64,000 bases of DNA from Candidatus Latescibacterota bacterium (GTDB lineage Bacteria > Latescibacterota > UBA2968 > GCA-2709665), in assembly GCA_965248435.1 (NCBI GenBank), contig OZ252100.1:5216001-5280000 (forward strand). The letters are read 5' to 3'. Position numbers and translations under genes: made by a program. Within the stretch, counting starts at the first letter, position 1, and each line of letters begins with the position of its first letter. The notes below the pieces were generated by a model that was given only the letters and a program-made list of their open reading frames with translations, had not been told where the DNA came from and made no database searches. Shown here in pieces: positions 10,320-20,647 of this stretch.

Positions 10320-11405
10320 ATGAAAACCTACAGGGCCGCACTCGTGGGCTGCAGTCGGATGGGGGCCTTCATCGACAATGAAGTCGTTGGATCGCCCAGA
10401 ATCATCCCCCCTTATTCACACGCGGCGGGATACACCGCGTGTGAGCGAACAGACCTCGTTGCCTGCTCCGACGTTCGGCCGGAGATGATGGAGGCGGTCG
10501 GCGAACGGTATGATGTGCCCAAGGAGCGGCACTACACGGATTACAAGGAGCTGATCGAGAAAGAGCGTCCAGACATCGTAAGCGTGGCCACCCAACCGGA
10601 GCAGCGGGCCGAGATCGTGATCCACGCCGTAGAGAACGGCGTGAAGGCCATCTACGCGGAAAAGGCCATGGCCGCTTCGCTTGAAGAATGCGACCGAATG
10701 GTCGAGGCCGTGGAACGGCACGGCGTCGCGTTCAACCTGGGGACGAACCGGAGATGGAACGCTGGCTACGATACGATGAAAGGCGTGATCGACAGCGGGG
10801 AGCTGGGAGATCTCAAAAGCCTCATCATTTACAACAGTGCCACGCTCTTCAACTCGGCGAGCCACTCGTTCGATCTTATCCTGAGGCTGAATGACGACGT
10901 GGCTGTGTCCTGGGTCCAGGCCCACCTTCCCGACGGGGACGCAGCGCTCGACGGAGATATTTTACGGGAGGATCCCACCGCCGAGGGCATCATCCAGTTC
11001 GAGAACGGCGTGAAGGGCTATGCCCTGCTGAGCGGGCGGGGCTACGAACTGGAGGCGATTTGTGAGGAAGGCACCATAACCGCCTATAATGACGGGCTGG
11101 ATTGGCGGCTCAGGCGCAGCGTATCCCTCGATCCCCAGGGAAGGAAGGGGACCCAAGAAGACCGTTTTCCAGATTATGAGAAGGCCAGCTCGACCTTGAG
11201 ACTCGTAGAGGACCTGGTTCACGCCCTCGATACCGGAGAGCCGACGCGGGGCGGCGTACGCGTGGCCCGGGCCAGCACGGAGATGATCTTCGCGTTCATC
11301 GAATCGCACCGCCGAGGGGGTGCCAGGGTTACGCTGCCTCTGCAGGATTGCCGACTGCAGCTCCAACGGAATAGGCAGCCCAGGCAACCCAAGTTCAATG
11401 CGTAA
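10320..11405 (+). CDS. Gfo/Idh/MocA family oxidoreductase
   Basis: LVGCSRMG, DIVSVAT, AEKA (EKP-like). Confidence 0.85.
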   Translation: MKTYRAALVGCSRMGAFIDNEVVGSPRIIPPYSHAAGYTACERTDLVACSDVRPEMMEAVGERYDVPKERHYTDYKELIEKERPDIVSVATQPEQRAEIVIHAVENGVKAIYAEKAMAASLEECDRMVEAVERHGVAFNLGTNRRWNAGYDTMKGVIDSGELGDLKSLIIYNSATLFNSASHSFDLILRLNDDVAVSWVQAHLPDGDAALDGDILREDPTAEGIIQFENGVKGYALLSGRGYELEAICEEGTITAYNDGLDWRLRRSVSLDPQGRKGTQEDRFPDYEKASSTLRLVEDLVHALDTGEPTRGGVRVARASTEMIFAFIESHRRGGARVTLPLQDCRLQLQRNRQPRQPKFNA

Positions 11406-11440
11406 GGGGAGACGAACGTGTTGGGAAACGTACCTGGGCC

Positions 11441-13231
11441 ATGAATCCACCGACCGTTCTACTTGAGTCGTATTCGGCTGAGAGAGATACGGATTCCTTT
11501 GCCTTTTCCGGTTACAGGGGGGAATTGGCCGCGTATCGGCCTGAAGAGGTGATCCAAGTCCTGGAGGAGGTGGAGCGAGAGGTCGAGCAGGGTCGCCACG
11601 CGGCCGGATTTCTGTCCTATGAAGCGGCGTCCGGACTTGATTCAGTATTGAAGACCCGTGAGGGCGGCGTGCTCCCGCTCGCCTGGTTTTCGATGTTCGA
11701 TGAGCGATCGAAAACGGCTCCGGAGACTGCTAGGGAAAGTTCCTCATTCTCGCTTTCAGAGTGGCGACCTTCCATCACTCGCAGTTCGTTCGATCGCAGC
11801 ATACAGCGCGTTAGAGACTACATCACCGCGGGGGACACCTATCAGGTCAACTTCACGTTCCGGATGCAGGCCGATTTCGATGGGGATGCCTACGGACTGT
11901 ATCAGGATCTCTGTCGCGCGCTCAGGCCCTCGTATTGTGCTTACATCGATACCGGCAGATTCCAGATTCTATCAGCTTCGCCCGAGCAGTTCTTCTCTTT
12001 AAGAGGAGACAGACTGTCTGCGCGTCCGATGAAGGGGACAGGGCGCAGAGGCAGATGGACGGGGGAGGATGACGCAAACTCTGACCTGCTTCAGAAATCA
12101 ACGAAGGATCGTGCTGAGAACGTTATGATCGTTGATCTTCTGAGGAATGACCTGGGCCGCGTCTCCGACGTTGGCAGCGTGACCGTCCGGAATCTGTGGG
12201 AGGTAGAGAGATACGAGACGGTGCTGCAGATGACCTCTACTTTGGAGTCTCGTTTGAAACCGAAGACCGGCATCGTCGAAGTTCTGAAGTCGACCTTTCC
12301 GTGCGGTTCTGTAACCGGTGCGCCCAAGGTGAGGACGATGGAGATCATCTCTGAGCTGGAAGACCGGCCGAGGGGGATCTACACGGGATGTATCGGGTTC
12401 ATCTCGCCCGGACCCGATGTCCGATTCAACGTTCCGATTCGAACCGTCTGGATCGACGGGGAGCGTGGGCTGGCGGAATTCGGGGTTGGCTGTGGGGTAA
12501 CGCACGATTCCAGACCGGATGAAGAGTACGAGGAGTGCCGGCTGAAGGCCAGGTTTCTGGCGACCCGGAAACCCGAATTCGACCTTCTGGAGACGTTGCG
12601 ATTCGACGAAGACAAAGGATATTTCTTGCTGGACAGACACCTCGAGCGCCTCCGGGACTCAGCTAGGTACTTCGGGTTTCGGTGTGACACGGGGCAGGTT
12701 GAAACGGCGCTGAGAGAGGAGGTGGACGGCCGGGAGAGGGGAAGCTACCGGATTCGATTGACCCTGAGTCGGTTCGGAGATATCAGCGTGAGCAGGGAGC
12801 CGCTTCACGAGCGTGACCGCGAAGTGCGGCTCCGTACGGGGATTTCAGATCTGCCCGTCGATAGCGGTGATGTAATGCTGTTCCACAAAACGACCCATCG
12901 GCGGCCTTATGATGAGCGGCTTTCGCGCAGAGAGCATTGTGACGAGGTTATTCTGGTAAACGAGCGAGGCGAGGTCACGGAGTGCTCCATTGGGAATCTT
13001 GTGGCCGAAATCGAGGGTCGGGCAGTCACCCCACCCCTGCGCTGTGGCGTCCTGCCCGGGACGTTTCGATCAGAATTGCTCGAGACCGAGAGAATCGAAG
13101 AGCGGCTCCTCAGCGTGGACGATCTATGTGGAGCAGAGGCACTTTATCTGATCAATTCGGTTCAGGGGTGGGTCCCTCTGGAACTGGTAGATTCGACATC
13201 GCAAACCACCCGTGAAAACTTGAGGGTCTGA
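11441..13231 (+). CDS. pabB: Aminodeoxychorismate synthase component I fused to ADC-lyase-like class IV domain
   Basis: GDTYQVN, PMKGT, AENVMIVDLLRNDL, GSVTGAPK; C-terminal HKTT, NERGEVTE, GVLPGT. Confidence 0.9.
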   Translation: MNPPTVLLESYSAERDTDSFAFSGYRGELAAYRPEEVIQVLEEVEREVEQGRHAAGFLSYEAASGLDSVLKTREGGVLPLAWFSMFDERSKTAPETARESSSFSLSEWRPSITRSSFDRSIQRVRDYITAGDTYQVNFTFRMQADFDGDAYGLYQDLCRALRPSYCAYIDTGRFQILSASPEQFFSLRGDRLSARPMKGTGRRGRWTGEDDANSDLLQKSTKDRAENVMIVDLLRNDLGRVSDVGSVTVRNLWEVERYETVLQMTSTLESRLKPKTGIVEVLKSTFPCGSVTGAPKVRTMEIISELEDRPRGIYTGCIGFISPGPDVRFNVPIRTVWIDGERGLAEFGVGCGVTHDSRPDEEYEECRLKARFLATRKPEFDLLETLRFDEDKGYFLLDRHLERLRDSARYFGFRCDTGQVETALREEVDGRERGSYRIRLTLSRFGDISVSREPLHERDREVRLRTGISDLPVDSGDVMLFHKTTHRRPYDERLSRREHCDEVILVNERGEVTECSIGNLVAEIEGRAVTPPLRCGVLPGTFRSELLETERIEERLLSVDDLCGAEALYLINSVQGWVPLELVDSTSQTTRENLRV

Positions 13232-13232
13232 C

Positions 13233-13979
13233 ATGAACGGTTCCGCAAAAATCGGAGCGATCTACCCGAACGATGCTTGGGTGGACGCAGATGTTCAGCG
13301 GATGATCGACGACTTTGGGTGTTTCTTGCCGGAAGACGTCAAGCTGATCACGGCAGGGACGATGGTACCGCACAAATCGCAGAGTCAAGACATGGGTGTT
13401 TGGCTGGCTGAGAATGGGGACATCGAGGAGGCAGCTAGGCGCTTGATGCGGTATTCGCCCGACTGCTTTGCCTACTTTTGTACGACCGTGAGTTTCATAC
13501 GAGGGGTGGGCGGTGACGAGGAGATCAGCAATAGAATCACCGAGGCCACGGGGCTGCCGGCCACCACGACCAGCACGGCGATGGTGAAGGCGCTCAAGTC
13601 GATGGGCGTCGAACGGCTGGCACTGGCCTCACCCTACATGCCCGATGTTGAGGCCGCTTTTGTTTCCTTTCTGGAAGGACATGGTTTCAAGATAGTCAAC
13701 AGCGTCGCGCTGAACCTCCCGGATGGGCACGCAATCGTCCCACAGGAACGCGTCCGGAGTGCCGCCGAAGGGGCGGACAGGCCGGAGGCCGATGCCGTTT
13801 TCATCGGCTGTACCGGTCAGAGGTTGGGGCGATTCTTGGACGACATGGAAGCCGGCCTGGGAAAGCCCGTGCTGACCGCGAATCAGGCTACGGTCTGGCA
13901 CGCCCTGCAGCTTATCGGTCGCGAACCGGTGGTCCCTGAACGGGGTTCCTTGTTCGCGCAGGATCGTTCGCCAAAATAG
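13233..13979 (+). CDS. Maleate cis-trans isomerase / Asp-Glu racemase family protein
   Basis: Two catalytic Cys motifs (YFCTTVSF, IGCTG), SPY, PVLTANQAT. Confidence 0.85.
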   Translation: MNGSAKIGAIYPNDAWVDADVQRMIDDFGCFLPEDVKLITAGTMVPHKSQSQDMGVWLAENGDIEEAARRLMRYSPDCFAYFCTTVSFIRGVGGDEEISNRITEATGLPATTTSTAMVKALKSMGVERLALASPYMPDVEAAFVSFLEGHGFKIVNSVALNLPDGHAIVPQERVRSAAEGADRPEADAVFIGCTGQRLGRFLDDMEAGLGKPVLTANQATVWHALQLIGREPVVPERGSLFAQDRSPK

Positions 13980-14003
13980 CGGAATAAACGGGAGGAGACC
14001 GAA

Positions 14004-14489
14004 ATGGCTCGTCAGATCCAGATCATCCTTGAAAAACGGGGCGTGACCTGCACGGCAGAGCTGCTGGATGACCTCGCGCCAAAGACCTGCCAGGCGCTTT
14101 GGAACGCACTGCCCCAGGGGGGGGATGCCTATCACGCGAAGTATGCGAACAACGAGGTCTACACCCTGGTCCCCCCGTTCGCGGATGAAGAGCCCGGGTT
14201 GGAGAACCCCACGATGATGCCGACCTCCGGTGACCTCCTCTATTTTTTCTTTTCCGGTACGCAGATATCGCAGTCGGCGTTCAACGAGAAGTCAGGCGCC
14301 TCAGATGCGGTCGATCTGGCCATTTTCTATGGACGAGACAATTATCTCCTTTCCCCGACGCTGGGACCGGTCCCTGGGAATCGGTTTGGAACGGTCACGG
14401 AGAATTTCGAGGCGATGGCGAAGGCGTGCGACAACATCTGGCGAGAGGGATTCAAGGGAGAGAGGCTCGTCTTCACCCGAAAGGAATGA
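14004..14489 (+). CDS. DUF3830 family (cyclophilin-like fold) protein
   Basis: APKTCQALWNALP, HAKYANNEVY, DLAIFYGR; usual neighbour of maleate isomerase-like genes. Confidence 0.8.
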   Translation: MARQIQIILEKRGVTCTAELLDDLAPKTCQALWNALPQGGDAYHAKYANNEVYTLVPPFADEEPGLENPTMMPTSGDLLYFFFSGTQISQSAFNEKSGASDAVDLAIFYGRDNYLLSPTLGPVPGNRFGTVTENFEAMAKACDNIWREGFKGERLVFTRKE

Positions 14490-14490
14490 C

Positions 14491-15156
14491 ATGCGTGTGA
14501 CGGCCGCGAATCTTGCGTTGATGACATTATTGGTACTCTGTCCGCATCAAGCTTGCGCACTCGGCGGATCGTCCAAATCGGAGTCCGATGACAAAGACCG
14601 CCTCCAGAAGGAGGCGGTCAAACTTTATAACAAGGGGCTCAAACACCGGGACAAGGCCTGGAAGAAGGAGAAGCAGGCCGCCGAGACCAAGAGTGCAAAG
14701 AAGCGTGCAAAGCATCAGACGTCCGCACAGAAGGAGTACAAAAGGGCGATCAAGGCATTCTCTGTCGCGACCCAAAAGAACCCGCAATTTCACGAGGCTT
14801 TTGGGAGTCTGGGGTATGCCTATAGAAAAACGGGTGACTACAAGGCGGCGCTCGAGGCCTACGATCGGGCGCTCACCTTGAGTCCGGACTATACCGAGGC
14901 CATCGAGTACCGCGGTGAGGCCTACCTCGGCTTGAATCGAATCGACGATGCCAGGGTTGCCTACTACCAGCTGCTCAACCTGAGCCCCAAGCAGGCCGTA
15001 GAACTGCTTCGGGCGACGAAACGATGGGTGAAGCGCCAGCGGGAGGCCGAAGCGACCTCGGTCAGTCAGGAAGTTCTAGACCTGACCCAGAAATGGATTA
15101 GCGAGAAAGAGGAGGCGGGCTCGGCAGATGAGCCCGAGGAAAGCGATTCCTGGTGA
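14491..15156 (+). CDS. Secreted tetratricopeptide repeat protein
   Basis: Hydrophobic N-terminal signal; TPR consensus (AFGSLGYAYRKTGDYKAALEAYDRALTLSP). Confidence 0.85.
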   Translation: MRVTAANLALMTLLVLCPHQACALGGSSKSESDDKDRLQKEAVKLYNKGLKHRDKAWKKEKQAAETKSAKKRAKHQTSAQKEYKRAIKAFSVATQKNPQFHEAFGSLGYAYRKTGDYKAALEAYDRALTLSPDYTEAIEYRGEAYLGLNRIDDARVAYYQLLNLSPKQAVELLRATKRWVKRQREAEATSVSQEVLDLTQKWISEKEEAGSADEPEESDSW

Positions 15157-15168
15157 GCTTGCTGCCTG

Positions 15169-16992
15169 CTACTTCAGAGCGACCGGGCCGAGGTAAACCC
15201 CTTTGTGTTCCCGCTTCCACCAGATCCCCAGCTCTGCCCTTTCCTGGTATGTCGTAAACCTGTAGTTGTAGAGTTGCGCACGCAGAAAATTGGGCGGATC
15301 ATCTTCGGGAAAGGGAGAGTGGGCAAGGAGGTCCAGAACCGGAGGTGAACCTTCCAGCAGGCGGGCGGCGAGGCTATGAAACCAGCGTTTCTGGCGAGCC
15401 CCCCCGAGGGCCGCAAACCACATCTGCCAGTCCAGGCGAGGCTGGTGTGGGGCCACGAATGCAGGGGCCTTCGTCAAGTCTACAGGTTTGTAGCGGAAGT
15501 GGTATTGTTGCCAGGTGCTGCCGTCCATGCTGCCCTCGATGATGATTTCCGGCCTTTCCTTCGTCATCACCTGAAATAGACCGTAGGTGTTGATCATTCG
15601 GAACGGGGCCAGTGCAGCAGACAGAGAATTAATCGGTTCGGGCCAATCCGTTCGATGCCGGAGGGTATACTTGGAAAAGAGGTTGGCGCTCGTGAGAAGG
15701 ACGACCGTGAGATACCCCAGGATGACGCTCCGAGGCCACGGGAGAGATTCGGCGTATGGCCGAGAGAAGAACTTGCTCATGGATCGTGGCCAGCTGGCGT
15801 CGTCGACAAGCCAGAGGCAGAGCGCCATCGTCAAGAGATTGAGGTAGTTGTAATTACCGGTAAGGGCGATGTTGATCTGAAACCCGATGAAGAGGAAGAA
15901 GGCGATCAGGCGGGGTCTTCGTGGCCCGAAGATGAGAAACGGGACGGCCAGCTCGATCACGAACATGGCGGCCGTTGACGCGATGTGAATGACGTCTGGG
16001 AGCTGGTGTACGTACCAGCCGATCCACGTGGGCAGCGGCTGGGTTTCATAGTGGAACGTCAGCGCAGAAAGGTTTCGCCAGGTGGCATCGCCGCTCGTCA
16101 GCTTGACGACCCCCGACGCGAACATGAATCTAAACAGGAGCCAGCGGTAGAGCCAGGAGATGGAACGTGGAGGCGCGTTTAGAGCTGCGCCTCTCAGCCT
16201 GGGCACAAAAGGTAGGGCGAAGAGGGTCAGAAATCCTACTTCCAGAAGAAGGACATCCCACTGAAAGGAGAGGAAGGGTCCGCCTACCGTTACGAGCGAG
16301 AGGTAGGAGGCCCAGAGCAGAAACCAAACGGGCCAGGACGCGGCAAGGAAGATGCTGAGCAGGGAGAGGACGGTGCCCCCCCCGCACACGAGATGGAGGA
16401 GCAGATCCTCCTGGCCGAACCAGAAGAGGGTGGGGTAGCGGAAGATCCCGCTCGGTCCCAGCCGCTCTAAAACCGAGCTGACCGTCTCCTGGACAGGCCA
16501 GATGCCGCTGCTGCCGATCAGACCATCGATTTGAGCCCAGAGCGAAGCGAAGGCGAAGAGATAGATCGCGGCGAGGAATCTGGGGAAGATGTTCGCGGAA
16601 AGCCGGTAGGTCGGACGCTTGAGGGAAGGGCCCCACAACCAGCCGGTGATTCTGGAGACCGTGCGTCGTCTCTGAGCGATCTGGTGGTAGACCGCTTCGG
16701 AAACGACGGCGAAGGGAGGGAAATTCCGGTAGAGCCACCAGCTCAGGCGTCCGCCATTCCCGGTGAAACTGAGAAGCCGGAAGGCGGCCTTTGCTCCACT
16801 GTAAACCTCTCTGTCCTGCTCGATCCACTGAACTGCGTTTTCAAACGCCTGGATCGAGATATTCGGGAAGCGATGGGCAACCTCTTGGTAGGGTGCGAAT
16901 CCAACGCGGCCGCCCGTAGCTTCTTTGATCCGTTCGACCCAGCGCTCACAAAATCGACAATCCGCGTCATAGATGAGGAGGGGAAGCGTCAT
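15169..16992 (-). CDS. Lipase maturation factor family protein with N-terminal DCC1-like (DUF393) CxxC domain
   Basis: YDADCRFC; FQWDVLLLE, HYETQPLP, PHQPRLDWQMWF. Confidence 0.9.
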   Translation of the reverse strand: MTLPLLIYDADCRFCERWVERIKEATGGRVGFAPYQEVAHRFPNISIQAFENAVQWIEQDREVYSGAKAAFRLLSFTGNGGRLSWWLYRNFPPFAVVSEAVYHQIAQRRRTVSRITGWLWGPSLKRPTYRLSANIFPRFLAAIYLFAFASLWAQIDGLIGSSGIWPVQETVSSVLERLGPSGIFRYPTLFWFGQEDLLLHLVCGGGTVLSLLSIFLAASWPVWFLLWASYLSLVTVGGPFLSFQWDVLLLEVGFLTLFALPFVPRLRGAALNAPPRSISWLYRWLLFRFMFASGVVKLTSGDATWRNLSALTFHYETQPLPTWIGWYVHQLPDVIHIASTAAMFVIELAVPFLIFGPRRPRLIAFFLFIGFQINIALTGNYNYLNLLTMALCLWLVDDASWPRSMSKFFSRPYAESLPWPRSVILGYLTVVLLTSANLFSKYTLRHRTDWPEPINSLSAALAPFRMINTYGLFQVMTKERPEIIIEGSMDGSTWQQYHFRYKPVDLTKAPAFVAPHQPRLDWQMWFAALGGARQKRWFHSLAARLLEGSPPVLDLLAHSPFPEDDPPNFLRAQLYNYRFTTYQERAELGIWWKREHKGVYLGPVALK

Positions 16993-17031
16993 GGATGGCG
17001 GGTAGACCGATCGAATCCTGGGGTGATCAAC

Positions 17032-17745
17032 CTAAGGAAGGAAACTCGCCGCGAGTCCGATAAGCGCCCCAAAAACGCCCCCCCAGACAACCAGCCATTC
17101 CAAATGATCCCGGATAATATTCTTGATGATCAGCTTGATCATTTCCGGAGTCAGACCGTCCAGGCGCTGGCTGACAATATGGTCTACGTGGTCGACCACC
17201 TCTTTGGAAACGTCAGATTCTTCGAGACCTGTCTGGACTGCCTCGGCAAAAGAATCTGAAGCCAGAAGAGTTCGAACCTCGTCTTTCATTCTGGTCTTGA
17301 ACGGATCTTTCAGGGGATTGAAGACGATGGATCCACCTACCAGCCTGAGCACGCCTCCAAACGGTGTGGAGAGCAGCACATCCACGAAGCCTGCGAAAAC
17401 CCGATCGTAGTCGATTGCCTCCACGATCGGTTCGGTGTTGAAGAACTTCCTTTCTCCAGGAACGCTTGACGCGAGCAGATCCTGGACATTGTCCCGGCTG
17501 AAGAACTCTTCCATGATAAGGAACTGAATCTTTGCTTTGAGCTCTTCGAAACGGTTAGGTATGACACCCGAGCCGTAGATGCCTGGGATCTTTTCGAATA
17601 GCATATGGATCGCCAGCCAGTTTGTAAACGCTCCTGAAGTGGCGAACAGGCCGATGGTCAAGACCTGATCGCCATACAGCGGCACCGTATAACCAAGGCC
17701 GATGAGTGCGATTCCGATCAGATTTGTGGTTAGACTTTTGTTCAT
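17032..17745 (-). CDS. DUF445 family membrane protein
   Basis: TNWLAIHMLF, GSGVIP, HLEWLVVWGGVFG. Confidence 0.85.
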   Translation of the reverse strand: MNKSLTTNLIGIALIGLGYTVPLYGDQVLTIGLFATSGAFTNWLAIHMLFEKIPGIYGSGVIPNRFEELKAKIQFLIMEEFFSRDNVQDLLASSVPGERKFFNTEPIVEAIDYDRVFAGFVDVLLSTPFGGVLRLVGGSIVFNPLKDPFKTRMKDEVRTLLASDSFAEAVQTGLEESDVSKEVVDHVDHIVSQRLDGLTPEMIKLIIKNIIRDHLEWLVVWGGVFGALIGLAASFLP

Positions 17746-17876
17746 TTTCCCGTTCTTGAGATATCTCTCCTGACTCTGGTCCGGGTGGTCTGAAGATAAA
17801 GATTTTGCCCATCGGATTCAAGCACCGGGATCCGATGACTGAACTCTTTCGCAGATAAGCTAAGTAGGACAATGCA

Positions 17877-17908
17877 AAAGGCCCCCTTTTTGTCGAAAGG
17901 GGGCCTTT
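17877..17908. terminator. Intrinsic terminator downstream of the double-receiver gene
   Basis: AAAGGCCCCCTTT...AAAGGGGGCCTTT inverted repeat with flanking A/T runs. Confidence 0.8.
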
Positions 17909-17926
17909 GATGGTCAACTGATCGGT

Positions 17927-18844
17927 CTAGCTTGCCGGGACCGCTTTCTTGACGAACGAGAGCAGTGCATCCGAATGGACCGGTTTGACGAAAATCTTGT
18001 TTACTCGCCAGGCCAACAATTCTTTCACCATATCCCGCGTTATGTAGGCCGTCTGAACGGCAATGGGACAGGTCACGCCGCTCTTCCTGACCGCCTCAAT
18101 CACCTCAAACCCGTCCATGCCGACCAGCCACAGGTCGGTTAAGATCATATCGTAATCGTTTAGAAGCATCTCCTCATACGCTTCCTGACCTGATTTGGTC
18201 AACGCGACATCGTACCCCGCCTTTTGTAGCAGCCCACCCAACTTTGTGCGTACGGCCTCATCGGTGTCCGCAATCAGGATCTTTGAATTGCCTTTCTTCG
18301 CTACGGAAGTCTGCGCCTGCCTGAACGAACCGTCGACAGGTTCTGCGGGACGCCTCACGGCATCCTTCTGTTTATCAGCGGGTGGCGGGATGTTTGCCGC
18401 AGGTGGAACAGGGGGTCCTGGCACCGATGGAGGAGGCTCAGGTTGGATCTCGAGATCCTGGGGCAGGTTTCGGGCCGATCTTCTGTTGAGGAGCTGTTCA
18501 ACCGCGCTGATCAGATCGCCGTAGCCGAATGGAGCCGAAAGGAAGAGGTCGACATCCCCGTTCGCGGAATCGGTCGGAGCATCCCATCCCGTCTCGGGAG
18601 ACGTCCCTACGATGGGTGCGCGAACCCCGTATCTCCGAAGGCGCTCGACGAAACCCAGACCGTCAAGATCTTCAGTTAAATCTCGGTCCACAATGATGAG
18701 ATGAAAGTGTTCGGACATTGCTTTGGCCAGGGCCCGCTGCCCATCGGTCGCCATCGTCACGCTGCATCCGATCGTCTGCAACATCTCCTGAATCACCTCC
18801 AGGACGAGCTCGTTCGGATGCACAACCAGTACTTTCCCCTCCAT
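17927..18844 (-). CDS. Two-receiver-domain response regulator with Pro-rich linker
   Basis: Two CheY-like domains (DGQRAL..IIVD; SGQEA..LTD..DGFE..KP) separated by a PPPP-rich linker; no output domain. Confidence 0.85.
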   Translation of the reverse strand: MEGKVLVVHPNELVLEVIQEMLQTIGCSVTMATDGQRALAKAMSEHFHLIIVDRDLTEDLDGLGFVERLRRYGVRAPIVGTSPETGWDAPTDSANGDVDLFLSAPFGYGDLISAVEQLLNRRSARNLPQDLEIQPEPPPSVPGPPVPPAANIPPPADKQKDAVRRPAEPVDGSFRQAQTSVAKKGNSKILIADTDEAVRTKLGGLLQKAGYDVALTKSGQEAYEEMLLNDYDMILTDLWLVGMDGFEVIEAVRKSGVTCPIAVQTAYITRDMVKELLAWRVNKIFVKPVHSDALLSFVKKAVPAS

Positions 18845-18869
18845 CTCTCTCTCCTTTTATCTGCGCAGC

Positions 18870-19292
18870 TCAGTATCCCGGGGCCCCTGCTTCGCCCTTA
18901 AAACTATCAAGGACCTGACTCAACTTCCTAAAATCTGTCTCAACACCAGGATTTTTTCGGACAAGAATCTTTGATGCCGGTCGAGAGATCCATTTCGCCT
19001 TCAAAGAAAACAGACGCTGCTTGAGGCCGGACATCATGCCCAGCACCGGTTCATCGTTGAAGGTCTTCTCTTCCTGGGTCCCGCCGGTCGCCCCGTAGAT
19101 CGTAGACGGCCCAATTTGATAAGGATAACCGATCGGTGCCGTGGGTGTGGGCGGTTTGACTTGATTGGGCGCTTTCGTACCTCCACCCCCCCTAGAGCGG
19201 TGCAGGCCCATGAGGGCGAAGTAGACAATGGCCCCACAGATGTCCAGGATGATGATAATTTCCAGGGCTGTACTCAGAAATCCGGTTAGCAT
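18870..19292 (-). CDS. Hypothetical single-pass membrane protein (paralog of 20294-20587)
   Basis: N-terminal TM with LDI motif, Pro-rich linker, C-terminal LSQVLDSF; clear similarity to the paralog. Confidence 0.65.
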   Translation of the reverse strand: MLTGFLSTALEIIIILDICGAIVYFALMGLHRSRGGGGTKAPNQVKPPTPTAPIGYPYQIGPSTIYGATGGTQEEKTFNDEPVLGMMSGLKQRLFSLKAKWISRPASKILVRKNPGVETDFRKLSQVLDSFKGEAGAPGY

Positions 19293-19410
19293 ACCAGGGA
19301 GCCTTCCTTCGCAGTACCGATGGGTCCTCTACGCATGACTACAAAGCGGAATTCAGTGACTCGGAGAGTTGCGGTGCTGCTGGGGGTGGGGGATTAGCTC
19401 GAAACGATGC

Positions 19411-20043
19411 CTATCGATGCACTCGGCGAAGAATCATTCGTACGCGTGCACCGAGTACGTCCAGATCGACCGGCTTGTTCAAATAGTCGTCGGCGCCGTA
19501 TTCGATTCCGCGAACGGTGTCCGATGCATCGGTAAGGAACGCAGTGATCATGATGATTGGGATGTGGGATGTCATCGGATCACTCTTCAACCTCTGACAG
19601 ACTTGATACCCGTCCATCCTCGGCAGCCGGACATCTAACAGGAGCAAGTCGGGACGTTCGTGTCGGACCGATTCCAGGGCCTCCTGTCCATCGGACGCCT
19701 GAAGGACTTCGTAGCCGGCGTTCTGGAAGTATTCGGCCCATGTTTCGCGCGTGGCCGACTCGTCCTCTACGATCAGGAGTCTTTCGGGACGGTCCACGAC
19801 TTGAGATTCCAGGCTTTCCAGTTGAACAGCAATCTGGGAGAGAGAAAGCCCTTGCTGAACCTGCATCTCCTTCACGAGTTGCTTCTTTGAAACGACGTCT
19901 TCCTTGTCGAAAAGGTCCTTGTTGCCGACCTTGTCCGCAACCTTCAGGATTCCGTAATTCTTGTACTTTCTGATCGATTCAACCGATTTGTCAAAGATCT
20001 CCGCGACTTCCTCGATTCCGACAAGCTCGTTTCCTTCTGCCAT
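19411..20043 (-). CDS. MerR-type HTH plus C-terminal receiver domain response regulator
   Basis: IEEVAEIFDKSVESIRKYKNYGIL HTH; LIVEDE, LLDVRLP, DDYLNKP; GGAG RBS. Confidence 0.88.
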   Translation of the reverse strand: MAEGNELVGIEEVAEIFDKSVESIRKYKNYGILKVADKVGNKDLFDKEDVVSKKQLVKEMQVQQGLSLSQIAVQLESLESQVVDRPERLLIVEDESATRETWAEYFQNAGYEVLQASDGQEALESVRHERPDLLLLDVRLPRMDGYQVCQRLKSDPMTSHIPIIMITAFLTDASDTVRGIEYGADDYLNKPVDLDVLGARVRMILRRVHR

Positions 20044-20103
20044 TTATGCATCTCCTCGCATTATGGGAAAGGGGTCGAGAACACTCCCTCTGCTGTCGGA
20101 TTC

Positions 20104-20133
20104 AATATACAATATCATACCAATTAGTGTCAA
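20104..20133 (-). promoter_or_regulatory. sigma70-type promoter of the MerR-receiver gene
   Basis: Minus strand TTGACA-18-TATATT. Confidence 0.6.
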
Positions 20134-20293
20134 GTACTTTTTCAAAGGACATGGTCGCCCATTTTAATATAGTATCGGAACAACAGTACAATGCCTATAG
20201 GGAAATCTTCCAGGTTTCGCAAATGGAGGCAAAGTGCCACGGGAATACCTGTTTGGTTTTAATTGGGTTACGTAGGTTATAGGGTCATCGGGC

Positions 20294-20587
20294 CTAAATC
20301 TCCTCCCCGAAGTCGGAAAGCACCTCACGGAGCGGCCTGCTACCCTGCCGCGCAGGACAGCCACGATTGGCGAGGATCCCGCTCAGCCCAGAGGGCCCGG
20401 ATCGGCTGATTGCAGCGGCGTAAGTCGGCCCGTTGGGCGACCCAGACAGGTAGGAAGGAGGTGATGCTTGTTTGGGTTTGTCGGGTGAACCGACGAGGGA
20501 AGTGAGGACGATGTAGATGACGAATGCGCCGATGTCCAGCACGAGGACGAGCTGGAGCAGCTCGGACAGAAAGGTATCGATTGGCAC
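20294..20587 (-). CDS. Hypothetical single-pass membrane protein (paralog of 18870-19292)
   Basis: FLSELLQLVLVLDIG TM; C-terminal LREVLSDF. Confidence 0.6.
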   Translation of the reverse strand: MPIDTFLSELLQLVLVLDIGAFVIYIVLTSLVGSPDKPKQASPPSYLSGSPNGPTYAAAISRSGPSGLSGILANRGCPARQGSRPLREVLSDFGEEI

Positions 20588-20631
20588 GCAGCACCCCTGA
20601 CTCTGAAGTGGGACGTCTGACGACCCACAAT

Positions 20632-20647
20632 CGCAGAATCTGTGCCA
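20632..20647 (-). promoter_or_regulatory. sigma54 -24/-12 promoter
   Basis: Minus strand TGGCAC-AGATT-CTGCG, 45 bp upstream of the 20587 start. Confidence 0.65.

Noticed and set aside
20219-20239. sigma54 site on the minus strand (TGGCACTTTGC...)
   Set aside because: The GC is not at the required GG-N10-GC spacing
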